Shown: one piece after another, positions 50,091 through 62,620 of the stretch | How the letters are laid out: every line of letters begins with the position of its first letter | Numbering within the stretch: position 1 is the stretch's first letter | DNA from: Scyliorhinus canicula | Taxonomy: Eukaryota | DNA: 64,000 nucleotides | Direction of reading: 5' to 3' | Assembly: GCF_902713615.1 (NCBI RefSeq) | Contig: NC_052148.1 | Coordinates: 252,150,690 to 252,214,689 of the forward strand | Program-made: the position numbers and the translations under genes | Notes under the pieces: generated by a model | What the model was told of the DNA's origin: nothing | What the model saw: the letters and a program-made list of their open reading frames with translations, nothing else | Database searches by the model: none

Positions 50091-50984
50091 TCACTCGTGG
50101 TGGCTGGGAGCGGGGACAGAGAGGTTTGTGGGCCGCCCGGGGCCTTGGGGGGTGCGGGGGGGGGGGGGGGGGGGGGGTGATCCACGGTCGCTGCGCAGAA
50201 CAGCAGCAACCGTCCTGGACTGGCAGACCACGGAGTTGTGGCCCTTTTTACCGCAGCTCTTGCAGACTGCGGAGCGGGCCGGACAGCGCGGGCGGGGGTG
50301 CTTGGTCTGGCCACAGAAATAACAGCGGGGCCCCGTGGGCTTATCGGGGTGTCCCGCAGCGCAGGCCTCGGGGGGGGGGGGGGGGTCGGAATCGTCGGGG
50401 GTGAGGGGAGGTGCATGCCAAGTTGCCCAAGGGGTCGCCGCGCGGCCGTGGACATATGCGCGGGCGTTTCGGTCGGCAACCTCCAGGGAGGATGCGAGGG
50501 TTCGTGCCTCAATGAGGCTCAAAGTGTCCTTCTCTAGGAGCCGCTGGCGTATCTGAAAGGATTGCATGCCCGCGACAGAGGCATCTCTGATTAGCAGTTC
50601 AGTGTGCTCCGCCGCGGTAACGTGCGGGCAGGCACAATTTCTCCCCAGGACAATGAGGGCCCGATAAAACTCATCAAGTGACTCACCGGGGAACTGTTGC
50701 CTTGTTGCCAGGAGGTGCCACGCGTACACTTGGTTTACAGGCCTCAGAAAATGTCCTTTCAGGAGATCCATGGCTGCGTCATAGTCCTTTTCATCCTCTA
50801 TCATCGAATAAACGGCGGTGCCCACGCACGAGTGGAGGATGTGGAGTTTCTGCTCCTTTGTTGGTTGATTGTCTGTAGTGGTGAGGTAACTATTGAAGCA
50901 CGCCAGCCAATTTTTAAGAGTTGCTGACGCGTTTGTAGCATGCGAGCTGATGCGGAGACAGTCTGGTTTGATCCGAAGCTCCAT
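50091..50984 (-). pseudogene. gag: gag with two zinc knuckles
   Basis: CYFCGQTKHPRPRC and CKSCGKKGHNSVVC; frame disturbed at a G/C homopolymer. Confidence 0.9.
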
Positions 50985-51726
50985 TTCCAAATTCTAGTTC
51001 ATTAAATTGATGCACCATCAATTGGACTCAAGTCGTGAAGAAGTTCCAAATATCAGGCTTTAATGAACTAGTTGTGTGCCTGGCAGTCGACTTACAGAGA
51101 AAGGCCGACTGCCGGCTGCTATGGGTTCTTACACCCCGCCTCGTAGGAGGGGCTACCGGCCTCTCGGCCAATCGGCGAGCAGTCACATGACTGACCGCAG
51201 CCAATTGGCAGAGAGACACATGACCTGCCAGAGCCAATGGGCAGCAAGTCCTCTGCACCAATGGCAGCACTACTCTGAGGTACCGTAAACCTCCTAGTCA
51301 TACCACCACATGGACGTCTCACTAGTATTGCCTTGAGCCATTACAGCCCCTACAAATGTTGCCACATATTTACAATGACCAAAACTGGTAAATTAGCATA
51401 CGGTATTCTCCATCCAACGTGATCTGAATTGAATTAGTTTATGTTAACGAATTGAATGCCTAAACTTTTTTTTTAAAGTATTTTTTTCTCCCCCTCTTTC
51501 ACATTTTCTCTCGAATTTACACCCACCAACAACAAACAATAATCAACAACAAATATGTCAAACCCCATAACAAGAACAACGATCCCATCCTCCCACCAAC
51601 CCCCAAACATCAGCCCGCATGTTAACATAAACAAATGACAAAAAAGGAATCAGGGATTACCCATAGCCATCTTTAATATACACAGCACCCTCCCCCCCAA
51701 CCCACCCATCCACCCCCCCCCCCCAG

Positions 51727-54700
51727 CTAATGTTCGATGTTATCCAGTTCTTGAAAGTGCATAATAAATAGTGCCCATGACTTGTAGAACCCCTCCGAGC
51801 CTCCCCTCAGTTCGAACTTAACCTTCTCAAGGGTCAAGTATTCCAACAGGTCCCCCCGCCACGCCAGGGCACAGGGTGGAGAGGCTGCTCTCCATCCCAA
51901 CAGGATCCACCTTCGGGCGATCAACGAGGCTAAGGCTACGATATCTGCCTCCGCACCCGTTTCCAACCCTGGCTGGTCTGACACCCCGAATATGGCCTCC
52001 CGGGGACCCGGGTCCAGTTTCACACGCACCACCTTGGAAATTACCCTAAACACCTCCTTCCAATACTCCCCTAGCTTTGGACAGGACCAAAACATATGAA
52101 AGTGATTAGCGCCCCCCCCCCCCCCCCCCCCCCCCGCCGCCCGCAACATTCACACACATTTTCTACTCCTTCAAAGAATCGGCTCATCCTCACCCTCGTG
52201 AGGTGTGCTCTGTACACCACCTTCAGCTGTATCAGCCCCAACCTCGCACATGAGGTGGAAGCATTCACTCTCCGGAGCACCTCACACCAGAACCCCTCCT
52301 CGATAACCTCTCCCAACTCTTCCTCCCACTTTGCTTTGATCCCCTCCAGTGGTGCCTTATCCTTTTTCCAACATAGCTCCGTATACCGCTGACACTGCCC
52401 CCTTCTCCAGTCCCCTTGCCGTCAGCACCTCCTCCAACAACGTGGAGGCCGGTTCCTCCAGGAAGCTCTGTATCTCCTTCCTGGAAAATCCCGAACCTGC
52501 ATATATCTAAACACTTCTCCCTGCTCCTGCCCATACTTCGCTTCCAGCTCCCTCAATCCTGCAAATCGACCCCGAAGAAACAAATCTTTTAGCGTCTTAA
52601 TCCCCTTCTCTTCCCATTTCCAAAAGCTTCCACCCCACCTCCCTGGCTCAAATCTGTGGTTCCCCCGAATCGGCATTTCCCTTGACCCTGCCCCCAACCC
52701 GAAGTGTTGGCGAAACTGCCTCCAGATTTTCAATGAAGCTATTATTACCGGACTCCCTGAGTATTTCCCCGGAGCTATCGGGAGCGGTGCTGTTGCTAGT
52801 GCTTTCAGTCCCGACCCCCTGCACAAACTCTCCTCCATTCTGACCCACTGGGAATCAACCCCTCTGACCCAGCTCCGCACCTTCTCCACATTTGCTGCCC
52901 AGTAGTAGTACATCAGGTTCTGGAGACCCAAACCCCCTGCCTGCCTTCCCCTCTGTAGCAGCACCTTCCTCACTCTGGCCACCTTCCCTCCCCATATGAA
53001 CGAGGTAATCTTTCCCTCAATCTCCCTGAAAAAAGGCTTTGGCAGGAAAATCGGTAGCATTGAAAAATCGCGGCAACACATTAATTTTAACCGCCTGTAC
53101 CCGACCCACCAGTGACAGAAAGACCATCCCACCTTGCCAGATCAGCTTTCACTCTCCCCACTAAACTAGTGATATTATACCTGCGAAGCCTTCCCCACTC
53201 CCAGGCAACCTGCAGCCCCCAGATACCTAAAATGAGTCCCAGCCCTACGGAATGGCTGCCCCCACCTCTGTTTCCTTCCCTTCCACCGGTGCCATAATGA
53301 CATTCAAAACCTCCTAATATTTGAAAACAGCTGCCTCCCTTTCACGAACCCAGTCTGATCCTCACCTATCACCTTCGGGAGGCACTCCTCCAGCCTACCT
53401 GCCAGTACCTTCGCCAATACTTTTGTGTCCACATTCAGAAGTGATATGGGCCGATACGACCCACACTCCGTCGGATCCTTATCTTTTTTAAGCAACAATG
53501 AAATCAATGCCTGCCCCAAGGTTTGCAGCAACACTACCTTCCCTGTCGCCTCTTCAAACATCCCCACCATCAGGGGTGCCAACTTATCCTTAAACTTTTT
53601 ATAATATTCCACCGGAAACCCATCCGGCCCTGCCACCTTCCTCGACTGCATCCTCCCAATCGCATCTTTTATCTCCTGCTCCACTATTGCTCCTTCTAAT
53701 GTAGCCCTGTCCCCCTAGCCTCGGGTACTCCAACCCATCTAGAAATTCCAGCATCTCACGGTCTCCCCCGGGTGGCTCTGACCTGTACAACCTCTCGTAA
53801 AAATCCTCAAAAACCTTGTTAATCAGCTCCGGAGCCACCACCAACTTCCCGGCCCTATCCCTTACCTGAAGAATTTCCCTTGCCGCTGCCTCCCTCCGGA
53901 GCTGACCTGCTAACATACGCCGGCCTTGTCTCCGTGTTCATAAACTGCACCCCTTGCTCGTCTCAGTTGGCGCACCGCCTTCCTGGTGGATAGTCGGTCG
54001 AAGCTCGCCTGTAGTTCCTTCCTCTTTCCCAGCATCGCTGGGTCTCCATCCTCTGCATAACTCTGATCTGCCTCCAACATCTCATCTATTAGCCTCTGCC
54101 GCTCCACCCTCTCTTTGTCCATCCTGGCCTTGAACAAAATTACCTCACCTCTCACTACCGCCTTTAGAGCCTCCCAGACGACTGCCTTCGACACCTCACA
54201 CGTACAGTTGAATCTTACATATTCCTTAATTACCTTTTCAATTTTCTCACAGAATACTTGGTTCCCCAAAAGCCCCACATCCAGTTTCCACCCCGGCCTC
54301 TGCACTATCCCCTTCTCCAGCACCATATCCACCTAATGTGGCGCGTGATCTGACACAGCAATTGCAGAGTATTCCGACCCTTTGACTCCAGCCAGCAAAG
54401 CCTTTCCCACCACAAAAAAATCGATCCGCGAGTATACCTTATGGACTGCTGAGAAAAACGAGTACTCCCGTTCTCTTGGGTGCAGGAACCTCCAAGGGTC
54501 CACCCCTCCCATTTCCATTAGCCCAGCCAGCGCCATCGCCCCCCCTGATGGGACCAGCGAGCGCGGCCGTGATCTGTCCAACCTTGGCTCCTGCACCAAG
54601 GTCCAGTCTCCCCCACAATCAGCTCCGTGTGTGTCTAAGTCAGGGATGGCCCCAAACACCTTCCTCGCGAATCCCACATCATCCCAATTGGGACCGTATA

Positions 54701-55025
54701 CACTTACCAGCATCACTAACCTCCCCTCCAGCGCCCCTGTCACAATCACATATCTACCCCCCTGATCTGCCACCACCTTCTCCATCTGGAAGCTAACCCT
54801 TTTGCTGACCAACACCGCTACCCCTCGAGCCCTTCCATCAAATCCAGAGTGAAACACTTGGCTAACCCAGCCCTTTTTAAGTCTCACCTGGTCCTTCACC
54901 CCCAAGTGAGTCTCCTGCAGCATTGCCACATCGGTTTTCAAACTTTTAAGATGCGCAAGCACCCTTGACCTCTTGACCGGACCTCCTAGCCCTCTCATGT
55001 TCCACGTGACTATCCTAACTGGGGG
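51727..55025 (-). pseudogene. L1 ORF2p (APE endonuclease, partial RT, C-terminal zinc finger)
   Basis: VTWNMRGL...LQETHL...RIDFF...SDH; GPDGFPVEYYK...YRPISLLN...QTGFV; CECC...HMFWSCP. Confidence 0.9.
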
Positions 55026-55599
55026 TCTATCACCCCCCTCCCCCCACCTTTCTTATCCACCATCATCATACCCCTGGGCCCTGCCCCATAAGCCTGACCT
55101 GCTCCTGTCTATTGTTAGCATCGAACCCCTTCCCCCCCCCCTCTCGAGAACCCCCCCTACATTGCCCCCTGAAACAGCATCCCCCAACATCCATCCCTTC
55201 CTCCCCCTCTCGCTCGCCTCGTAGGCCCATTGAAGCCTACTATCCAGGCTGCAATGTCCGCAGCCCTCCTCTCACCTCACCTCCGTTCACTAGCTGACTT
55301 TAGCTAGCTAGTGCGGGTGGCTCCCCCCCCCCCCCCCCCCCGCCTCGATATATAATCTCTTTCCACCCAGTCCCAGAGAAAGAAACAAAACAACCCAACA
55401 ATCCAACCCCTACAATTCGTGAACGTAACATTTAACCGTCGCAACACAGAACGCCAATCAACCCACCATTAACTTGAACTCTGTAACAATGCAAAGAGAA
55501 GTAAATTACAATACAAATCCGTAAAAAGAAAGTTATAACATTTATACATTTTCCAGCTGTTCAAACACAGTCCAAGTCTCTCTTCCAGTTCCGCTCTTC

Positions 55600-56508
55600 A
55601 CGTCTGTCCCAAGCCTTCTGCCCTCATGAATGCCTCAGCTGCATCCGCTGTCTCAAAATAAAAGTCTTTGCCGTTATACGTTACCCTCAACTTCACTGGG
55701 TACACCATACCAAACCATACCCCCTTCTTGTACAACGTCGCCTTCACTCGCCCAAACGCCGCTCATCTTTTTGCCAACTCCACCGTCAAGTCCTGGTAGA
55801 TCCGAACCGCAGTACCATCCCATAGCACCTCCCGCTTCTGCTTCGCCCAGCTTAATACCTTCTCCTTCATGCAAACCTTATGGAAGCAGATAATTACTGC
55901 CCTTGGTGGATCGTTCACTTTGGGCTTCGGCCTTAATGACCGATTAGCTCAGTCTAGCTCGTACCGGGAGCGGTTCTCACCCTCCCCCATCAGCTCCGCC
56001 AACTTCTTAGCGAAGTATTGTGTTGGCCTTGGGCCCTCTGTCCCTTTGGGCAAGCCCACAATTCTCAAATTATGCCGCCTTGAGCAGTTTTTCAAGTCTT
56101 CAAGCTGTGCTCGGAGTCCTCTGTTAACCTCAACAACCCTCCGCAGCTCGTCCCCCATCGAGCTGACCTGGTCGCTGTGTCGTGACATGGCCTCCTCCAC
56201 TTCCTTCATCTTCTCGCCCTGCTCTCTCACCTCGGCCAAAGTCTTTGCCTCCGCCACGTCCACCAGGGCGATTGCCTCCTCCACCAATGACTTCAATGCG
56301 ACCGCCGTCTCCTTCCTCAAGGCCTCCATGTGCCTCGCAAATTATTTTTCCAGCTCCACCGCCATCACCTCGGTCAACTTCTCCACCGTAAATAGTGCGG
56401 CCCCGCTTTGCAGTTCGGCTTCCGCCATCATGTCAACACTTTTATTCGTCTTCTCCTTCAGCGGCGAACCCGCGTTTCCTCCTTTGTTCGACGCTGCTTT
56501 TCGCATCC
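55600..56508 (-). pseudogene. L1 ORF1p (coiled coil plus RRM), frameshifted
   Basis: LEDLKNCSRRHNLRIVGLPKGTEG. Confidence 0.85.
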
Positions 56509-57514
56509 TTTAGCTGCTTATTGTTTTTTACTTTCTTTCTCTTCTCCTCTCTCCCCCTCCACCCTCCTGTCCTTCATCAATCTGAATTATTCTGAATGCC
56601 TAAACTTGATGTAAATTAGACTCTTCAGATTCAGACCTGCCTGCCCCTTTGCAACGTATAAAAGCTGTCTGGCAGAGGCTGGCATTTTTCTTAATCAATT
56701 AGATCCTTCTCTAGGCTTCTGGGTGTAGGTGAAAACACTCTTTGATCCACAAGATCTACAAGTCGAAGTTACAGTCTACGGCCATTAATCTTCGAGGTTT
56801 GCTCTGTAGTTTTGCGACAACAGATGTACCTGCAGTCCGGAGCGCACATAAATACTGCAGTGTTGAGTGAAACATTGTCAACACCAATTTGCTTTGTCAA
56901 AGGGTGACAGCAGATATAATCCAGTAATTGCTAGTGATACAACGTGTTTCTAAGAAGTGTTCAGTTCTTACAAAATGTGGTCAAACAAATCAGTGACAAG
57001 AATGCTATTAAATTAAAAATAGATATGAGAGTAACCTCGAGTAATCGATTTGGAATATTTACGCTGCCTAGTCTTCGACACATCCAGAACTGTCGAATTA
57101 GCATCAGTACAGATGCAGCTATTATACCCAAAGTGATTTACGGAGTAAACTTTCAATTTATCTAGTGCAGCAGCTCCCCCAATCCAGTTCTCTTCCCGTC
57201 ATTTAAAAAAATAATGCTTGCTCCACAAAAACAAAGACAAAACTATGAAAATTAAATATGAATGCGTGAAGCTAATCCTTTTTTGATGGTCTGCCTTTTG
57301 AAACGGCCAATTGATGGTGAAATAAAAACAAAATGTCCAAATGTTGGAAATCTGAAGTAAAATGCTGGAAAAACACGGGAGGTCTGGCAGCTTCTGTGCA
57401 GAGAAGAACAGTTAACGGGCAGGATTTTCACTACCCCTCCCCCTCTCCCGTGACATGTTTTGCGGGTAACATTAGCTAATACTGATGTAGATGCTCTTCT
57501 TTTAGTTAAAGAAG

Positions 57515-57743
57515 ACTTTGTTAAGCAATCCCAGATGATGACCACAGGCTGCTTTGCCCCTTGAGGGGGAGAGCTGACTGGTGGTAATTTAACCTGAGGA
57601 TCACCACACCTCAGGCAAGGGGCAAGATTGAGAAGGCGGGGCCTTCATGAATAATCTCAGCCGGTACAGGAATTGAACCTGCGCTGCCGGCCTCGCTCTG
57701 CATCACAAGCCAACTGGCCCGCCATCTGAACTAAACCAGCCCC
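57515..57743 (-). mobile_element. tRNA-derived SINE with MetaSINE-like core
   Basis: GGGGCTGGTTTAGTTCAG head; GGTTCAATTCC B-box; CCTGAGGTGTGGTGATCCTCAGGTTAAA hairpin core (family name from memory). Confidence 0.65.
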
Positions 57744-58249
57744 CACAATACATTTATATTGGAATGGAATAGAAACTAACATGAAAGCGTGAGCTGTGTT
57801 GTATTTGTGGCTTCTTGTCGAATCCATTAATTGAATGCTGAGAAAGGAAGCATCAATTCTCATTTTGAAACAATTTCTTGCAGAAGAGTCAGATTGGAAC
57901 GGTTCAGCATGCTGGGCGATAATCATTTCTTGCAGGAATTTGTAAGAGTTTAAGTTGAGAGTGAAGAGGTGAAACTGCTTAAAACTTAAATGGACTTGTA
58001 CCTTGGTTTTAATTTGTTGCCAATTGGCTCAGTACATGTTCTACTTACTTGCCTTTTTCAATGCATTGCCAATCCCTCCAGCAAGCTATCCCGTTAATCA
58101 AACTGTAGGACAACTATATATGAAAACAAGAACAAGTTAACTGAATTGCCAGGAATCAAATTGCCTGCACTGTGTGGAGAATTTTATATCACTCTTGCTG
58201 TTGCAATCCTATATTTAAAAAGAGAACTGGAACAATTGGAATTGGATTG

Positions 58250-58562
58250 GGGGTGGCAAGGTGGCACAGGGGCTAGCACTGCTGCCTCACAGCGCAAGGA
58301 TGATTGTCTGTGTGGAGTTTGCACTTTCGCCGCCTGGCTGCTTGAGTTTTCTACGGGTGCTCCGGTTTCCTCCCACAGTCCAAACATGTGCAGGTTGGGT
58401 GGATTGACTATGCTAAATTGCCCCTTAATGTCTAATGGTGTGTAGGTTAGGTGGGGTTACAGGAAAGGGGGGAGTGGGGAATTGGGTCCAGATAGGGTGC
58501 TCTTTTAGATGGTTGATGCAGACTTGATGGGACGAATTTCAGCGCTGCAGGAATTCTATGGA
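58250..58562 (+). mobile_element. Diverged HE1-like SINE (a second fragment lies on minus at about 58745-58905)
   Basis: V core gggtgctccggtttcctcccacagtcc. Confidence 0.8.
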
Positions 58563-59632
58563 ACTTCCAGGGAACTATAAACAAATAAGTTTAACGGCAA
58601 TGATCGGAAAAAGAATGCAATCCTCGTTCAAAGATGTAACAGAAGAGCATTTAGAAACTGAAAGTCTAATAAAGAGTAGTCAGCATTGTCATGACCCCAG
58701 ACCAGACCCCCAAGTTTTTAGTAAGATCCAGCTAGGGATAGAAACGTAGAAAATAGATGCAGGAGGAGGCTTTCAGCCCTTCGGGAAGAGCATCCTACCT
58801 AGGCTCACTTCCTCGCTCTATCCCATAACCCTACCTAACTTTCACCTCTTTGAACACTAAGGGTAATTTCTACATGGTCAGTCCCCCTAATTTGCACATC
58901 CTTGGCACATTATTAGATGTAACATGCTCTTCTTTGGAATAATAGTTCACAGGACTTTTTTTTATGACCAAGTGATAGAGCAGGGCCTTGATTTCATGCC
59001 TCATCTGAAAATGGCACCCAATGTAGTGCTCGCTCAGTACTGCATTGGACATACCACTCATAATTGGCCAGCTCAAAGTATCACTCCCTGTTGAGTTCAC
59101 CATGATGATACGCTCCAATATAGAGAGATAGGAAAAGCTACCAATCAAATAACTCAGTTTTTGTCAATGTTGCCAACCAATAACCATAAACCACCAGGGA
59201 AAAAAAACCAGAAAATAATTTGAATGGCCTTTTTGAGCACTTTTTTGTCTCACTTCTACATATATAACATTGAATGGATTTATTGGATCATGTCCTGTGG
59301 ACAGACACATTGTTAGTCACAAACCTATAGTGCAGTAGTGAGTGCTGTAGCTCTCTGGATATTTCTGCTTACATGTGCATAGGCATGTACATATGGTTCT
59401 TAAATCCTACGGGAATAACTTGACAATATAACACACCAACTGCAAAGAAGACGAGGCCCTCTGAAGATTTTTTAAATTTTCTTCACCCTCTCATAATATT
59501 TGGCAACTTCCATGGAGTGAGCACCAGAAGCTCCATTTTGCAGCATCTCCATCTTTCTGGACACACAAGATGTGCTCCCGCTGGCAGTGGTGCCCACCTA
59601 GTTTACTGAAAAATCCATTGCTTCGAGGAGGG

Positions 59633-60025
59633 TGTGATATTATCATACATGAAGGTAATGTAAGGGTTAATGAAATGGATACAATCAACCACTAGAGGGG
59701 GCTAATCCTAGAAGTATTTAAGGGATGATGCTGAGTCTTGTGGGACACAAGGTTAGAGAAAGTGGCAGGAGCAGAAGCAGGTTAGAAGGACTGAAGATAA
59801 TGAGAGAGCAAGGGAGAAGTTGATTAAGTTAGAGAGTTAGATGTTGGATGAATATAGTGAATGTAGCTTATGAGTGATTAATCAACTGTTTAGTTTATTA
59901 GGGATAAGTGTCGAATCTAGTTAGATGTGTTCAATAAACTAGTTTTGTTGATTTACAAGACTCGTTGTTCTCTGATCAACACAACATATTGAAGCCACCT
60001 GTGGAGCAAGGCAGAGAACAACACA
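59633..60025 (+). mobile_element. Solo LTR
   Basis: TGTGATAT...AACACA; TATTTAA; AATAAA; TSD GAGGG/GTGGG. Confidence 0.7.
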
Positions 60026-62259
60026 GTGGGGAGAACAGGCAGTCACTTTCTGTGAGGCATCAGCTAGCAACTAGGTGGACCCCTGTTTAAGTGGCTGAAC
60101 AAATGGATAATTTCTTTGAAGGTCAAAGCTCCTTCTTCAGCTTGGGAAAGCTCCGTTCTCCCTTTGGCAGCTTCATCACTCTTGGTGTACAAGCCTCTAG
60201 TGTCATGGGCAAGTCAGGGAGGTGCCAGTATAGGGAGTACCCAGCCCAGCTCAACTGCATAAATGTCATTGATCTTGTGTAGACTGCATTGAAATTTCTC
60301 CCCATACAAGGCGATCTAGGAACTCTAGAGTTGAGAAGGACCTGGCATATTCATTTGCCTTAAATACAATACCAGCATAAACACAAATGTTGAAATGTAA
60401 TACTGTAAATGGACCCTGAGGGAATAGTTAAGCACCCTTTTCCAGAATTGTTCATGGCCATGCTCATTAAATCTTGACATGCATAAAAACTCATTACGGT
60501 TTTTCAGTCTTAATTTCCAGGCAGTTGGATTATTGCAGTCTTCACTGTCTATTCAGATTTCACTGGACAAATGCAAAGAGAAATGAAGCGGAAAATATAG
60601 GTCATCTCAGCCTTTTAGGATGGAGAATACTGTGCTTTCCAGCTGGCTGCTTTCAAACATAGTTTAATGGAGCCATTAGGGACAGCTTGTTTCAGGCCTT
60701 TGGAGTGGCAACATTTTGTCAAAGAACATTGTAATTTACTCGGAATAACTTCAGTGATGGAAAAGGACACTGCAGTAGATTGAAGCTAATGATTAACAAC
60801 AGAATATCTGAACACCACAGATTATTTTGCAGTAATGTGCCTGTACTGATAGGAGGCTTGTTCGGTTGTATTATAACCTTACCACCATTCAATTAAGATG
60901 TGTGGATATATTTGTGTATCATTGACAACAGGGTCATTTTGTTTAGGTGGGTAGAGTCTGGTGCGGAATAATGGCAACAGTGTAGGTTCAATACCTGTAC
61001 AGACTGAGGTAGTTCTTGGTGGCTGCCTCCTCCCATTGCCCCCTAGTAATATCATGGCATCAGCTTCAGAAAGAAAGATGGACTATTGATACCTGGGTGT
61101 GTGGGACTTGGGGGATCGTGGAGACCATCACCAGCTTTGCTTGCAGGACTATTGACAAATAAGTGAAATTTGGAAGCTTGGGCACTAAAATTCTGCTGGT
61201 CTCCCATCATACCTCCAGGTGGATACCGTAGAACCCTGATAGAATATCAGGTCACTAACCTTTTTTTTAACTTTTATTCAATGTGCATGGTCCTGTGGTT
61301 CTCTGTCTATAACATGGTTGTAATATTTGTTGATAGAAGCTTCAGTGTGAGCGATATTGAGGTGTGCGCTTGCATAGCATTGTTAACAGTGGTTGATATT
61401 GGTTCAGACACCGAATATTGCTTTATTGAATTCTGTTAAATAAAGAAAAACTTGGACTGCACATCAGAGTGGCATCAATATCCTTTATTCTTGTGGTTCC
61501 ACCTTTTGAAGGTTTATTTCTCCCAGGCACTGCCTCCTCATTTGCCATCTTGTTTGATGGTTGAAATGTTTGGGTCGTTTGCACATCAGAAAAATTGGAC
61601 CATTTTAATCTCTGTTTAAACCTTCTGCCCCCTAGGGTTTCTTTGGCTGAGTGTTTCCCTAAACTATTGGATTCCACCATTTGTGAGGCTTCAATATCCA
61701 GCTAATATCACTGCACTGTCTCTATTTAAGTAGTGTTGAATGGATGGTGTTTTTTTAATTATTTGCAGTTGATCTTCTATCATAACACCCTTATGTATAA
61801 AGTTTGACTAATTCAAAAGCTTGTCCGTGCTAACTTTATAACTTGGAGCAGTTGAAAGTTGGAAATAAATGTGTGTCTCGGGAATGAATTAAATTGGACA
61901 CTATTCCAGCTGGTGAGGCATAGTAGCTTTCATTAAATTGAAGCCATCAATACTGTTGCTAATACAAGCAACAAATCAGACTAGAACATATATATTGTGA
62001 TTTTTGGTTTTACTATCAGATGCTCAAAGCACATTTGGTGGGATATTCCCTGCAGCCCGCTGTGTGTTTTGGGGTGGCCAAGCACCCCCCCCCCCCCTCC
62101 CCCCCGGGCTGCCTGGCGGGATTCTAGAGCTGGGAAGTGTTCATGAAAATAGCAGCAGGATTAGGTTTTGACATGCTACCAGACCGCTAAACCCATCTTG
62201 TTTTCCCAGTAAATTTCCGAGCCGCTTCTTTCTTCTTTTGACAAATCAATGTATGTATT

Positions 62260-62620
62260 TAGGGTGCGATCTAACCAAATTGCAAGAGTCCCATGACGAG
62301 GGTGTCCCCCCCCCAGTCCCGCAGTCCATCTCACAAGCGCAGGACACCTCCAACCTGATCCCCGGTGGGGGGGGGGGGATAATGTCAGCTTGGCACCCTG
62401 GCAATGCTACGAGGGCACATTGGCAGTGCCAGGATGGCACCCAGGTGGCACTGCCATGGTGCCAGGATGCCACCAGCATTGCCAGGGTGCCACCCTGCCC
62501 AGAGGGCAACCACCTGGGGACCTGCAGTCCCCATGGGATTGTCCCCCAAGTGCCGTTCCATCTGATCCCCATTTGAGGGATCTCCCAGCACCTAGTGGCT
62601 TTCCCACACTGCCTTTTGGG
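62260..62620. mobile_element. Diverged GC-rich MITE-like element
   Basis: TGGCA/TGCCA-rich body resembling 44380-44620. Confidence 0.4.

Larger units (their letters stand above)
46534..51310 (-). mobile_element. Full-length Gypsy LTR retrotransposon (5' LTR 51008-51310, 3' LTR 46534-46836)
   Basis: 303-bp LTRs TG...CA with about 14 differences by eye; TSD TGGAC; PPT AAGGGGTGAA (46837-46846); gag-PR-RT-RH-IN order. Confidence 0.97.
51468..56592 (-). mobile_element. L1-clade LINE with both ends but lacking the RT core
   Basis: 15-bp TSD TGAATGCCTAAACTT (51453-51467 and 56593-56607); poly(A) tail; ORF1 and ORF2 relics. Confidence 0.93.

Noticed and set aside
55869-56513. 214-aa plus-strand ORF
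   Set aside because: Antisense shadow of L1 ORF1
57570-57650. HDV-like ribozyme in the CCTGAGG...CCTCAGG hairpin
   Set aside because: Could not build the nested double pseudoknot; better explained as a SINE core hairpin
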